A stretch of 63,197 nucleotides of DNA, counting the filler, from Hyphochytrium catenoides (lineage: Eukaryota > Protista > Hyphochytriomycota), in the NCBI GenBank assembly GCA_900088475.1. It is 13 parts of 13 records of this genome, joined end to end, with 100 filler letters (N's around TTAATTAATTAA, not from the genome) between each part and the next. Parts side by side here need not be neighbours in the genome. Positions count along the whole stretch, not along the records: positions 61,960 to 63,197 come from FLMG01001398.1; 12 more parts are not named here. One strand, written 5' to 3'. This document shows, piece after piece, positions 63,192 through 63,197 of the stretch; the stretch's first letter is position 1; each line of letters begins with the position of its first letter. Below the pieces are notes generated by a model that was given only the letters and a program-made list of their open reading frames with translations, made no database searches and was not told where the DNA came from. The position numbers and the translations under genes are program-made.

Positions 63192-63197
63192 GGAGAG

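Overview
Draft assembly of an intron-rich microbial eukaryote. It is probably a flagellated stramenopile-type protist; this is inferred from gene content only. The window is 13 scaffolds joined by an artificial N-flanked TTAATTAATTAA linker, so adjacency across linkers means nothing. The gene-rich scaffolds (1-32.7 kb, 43-46 kb, 59-63 kb) carry spliced housekeeping genes: COG7, NOL6/Utp22, NIFK/Nop15, UBE2J/Ubc6, a SAXO5/TEX45-like repeat protein, BMS1, RBX1, an LRR protein, CTP synthase, a WRKY19-type zinc-finger protein and an ARM-repeat protein. Their GT-AG introns are filled with (CT)n on the sense strand, and most ORF-track entries are artefacts of these microsatellites. The scaffolds at 32.8-41.6 kb and 49.5-59.1 kb are nests of transposon debris (copia gag, LINE endonuclease, a CRE-type RLE retroelement, Helitron-like ends). 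The most striking observation is a complete miniature LTR element (TRIM, 33514-34853, TCACT target-site duplication). Each of its LTRs contains a tRNA-like Pol III unit whose CCA-tailed 3' end is complementary to the element's own primer-binding site, suggesting a retroelement that encodes its own primer tRNA. Also present are a virus-fibre-like 68-aa repeat ORF, a secreted crystallin/lectin/mucin protein and a probable telomere-linked RecQ helicase C-terminus.
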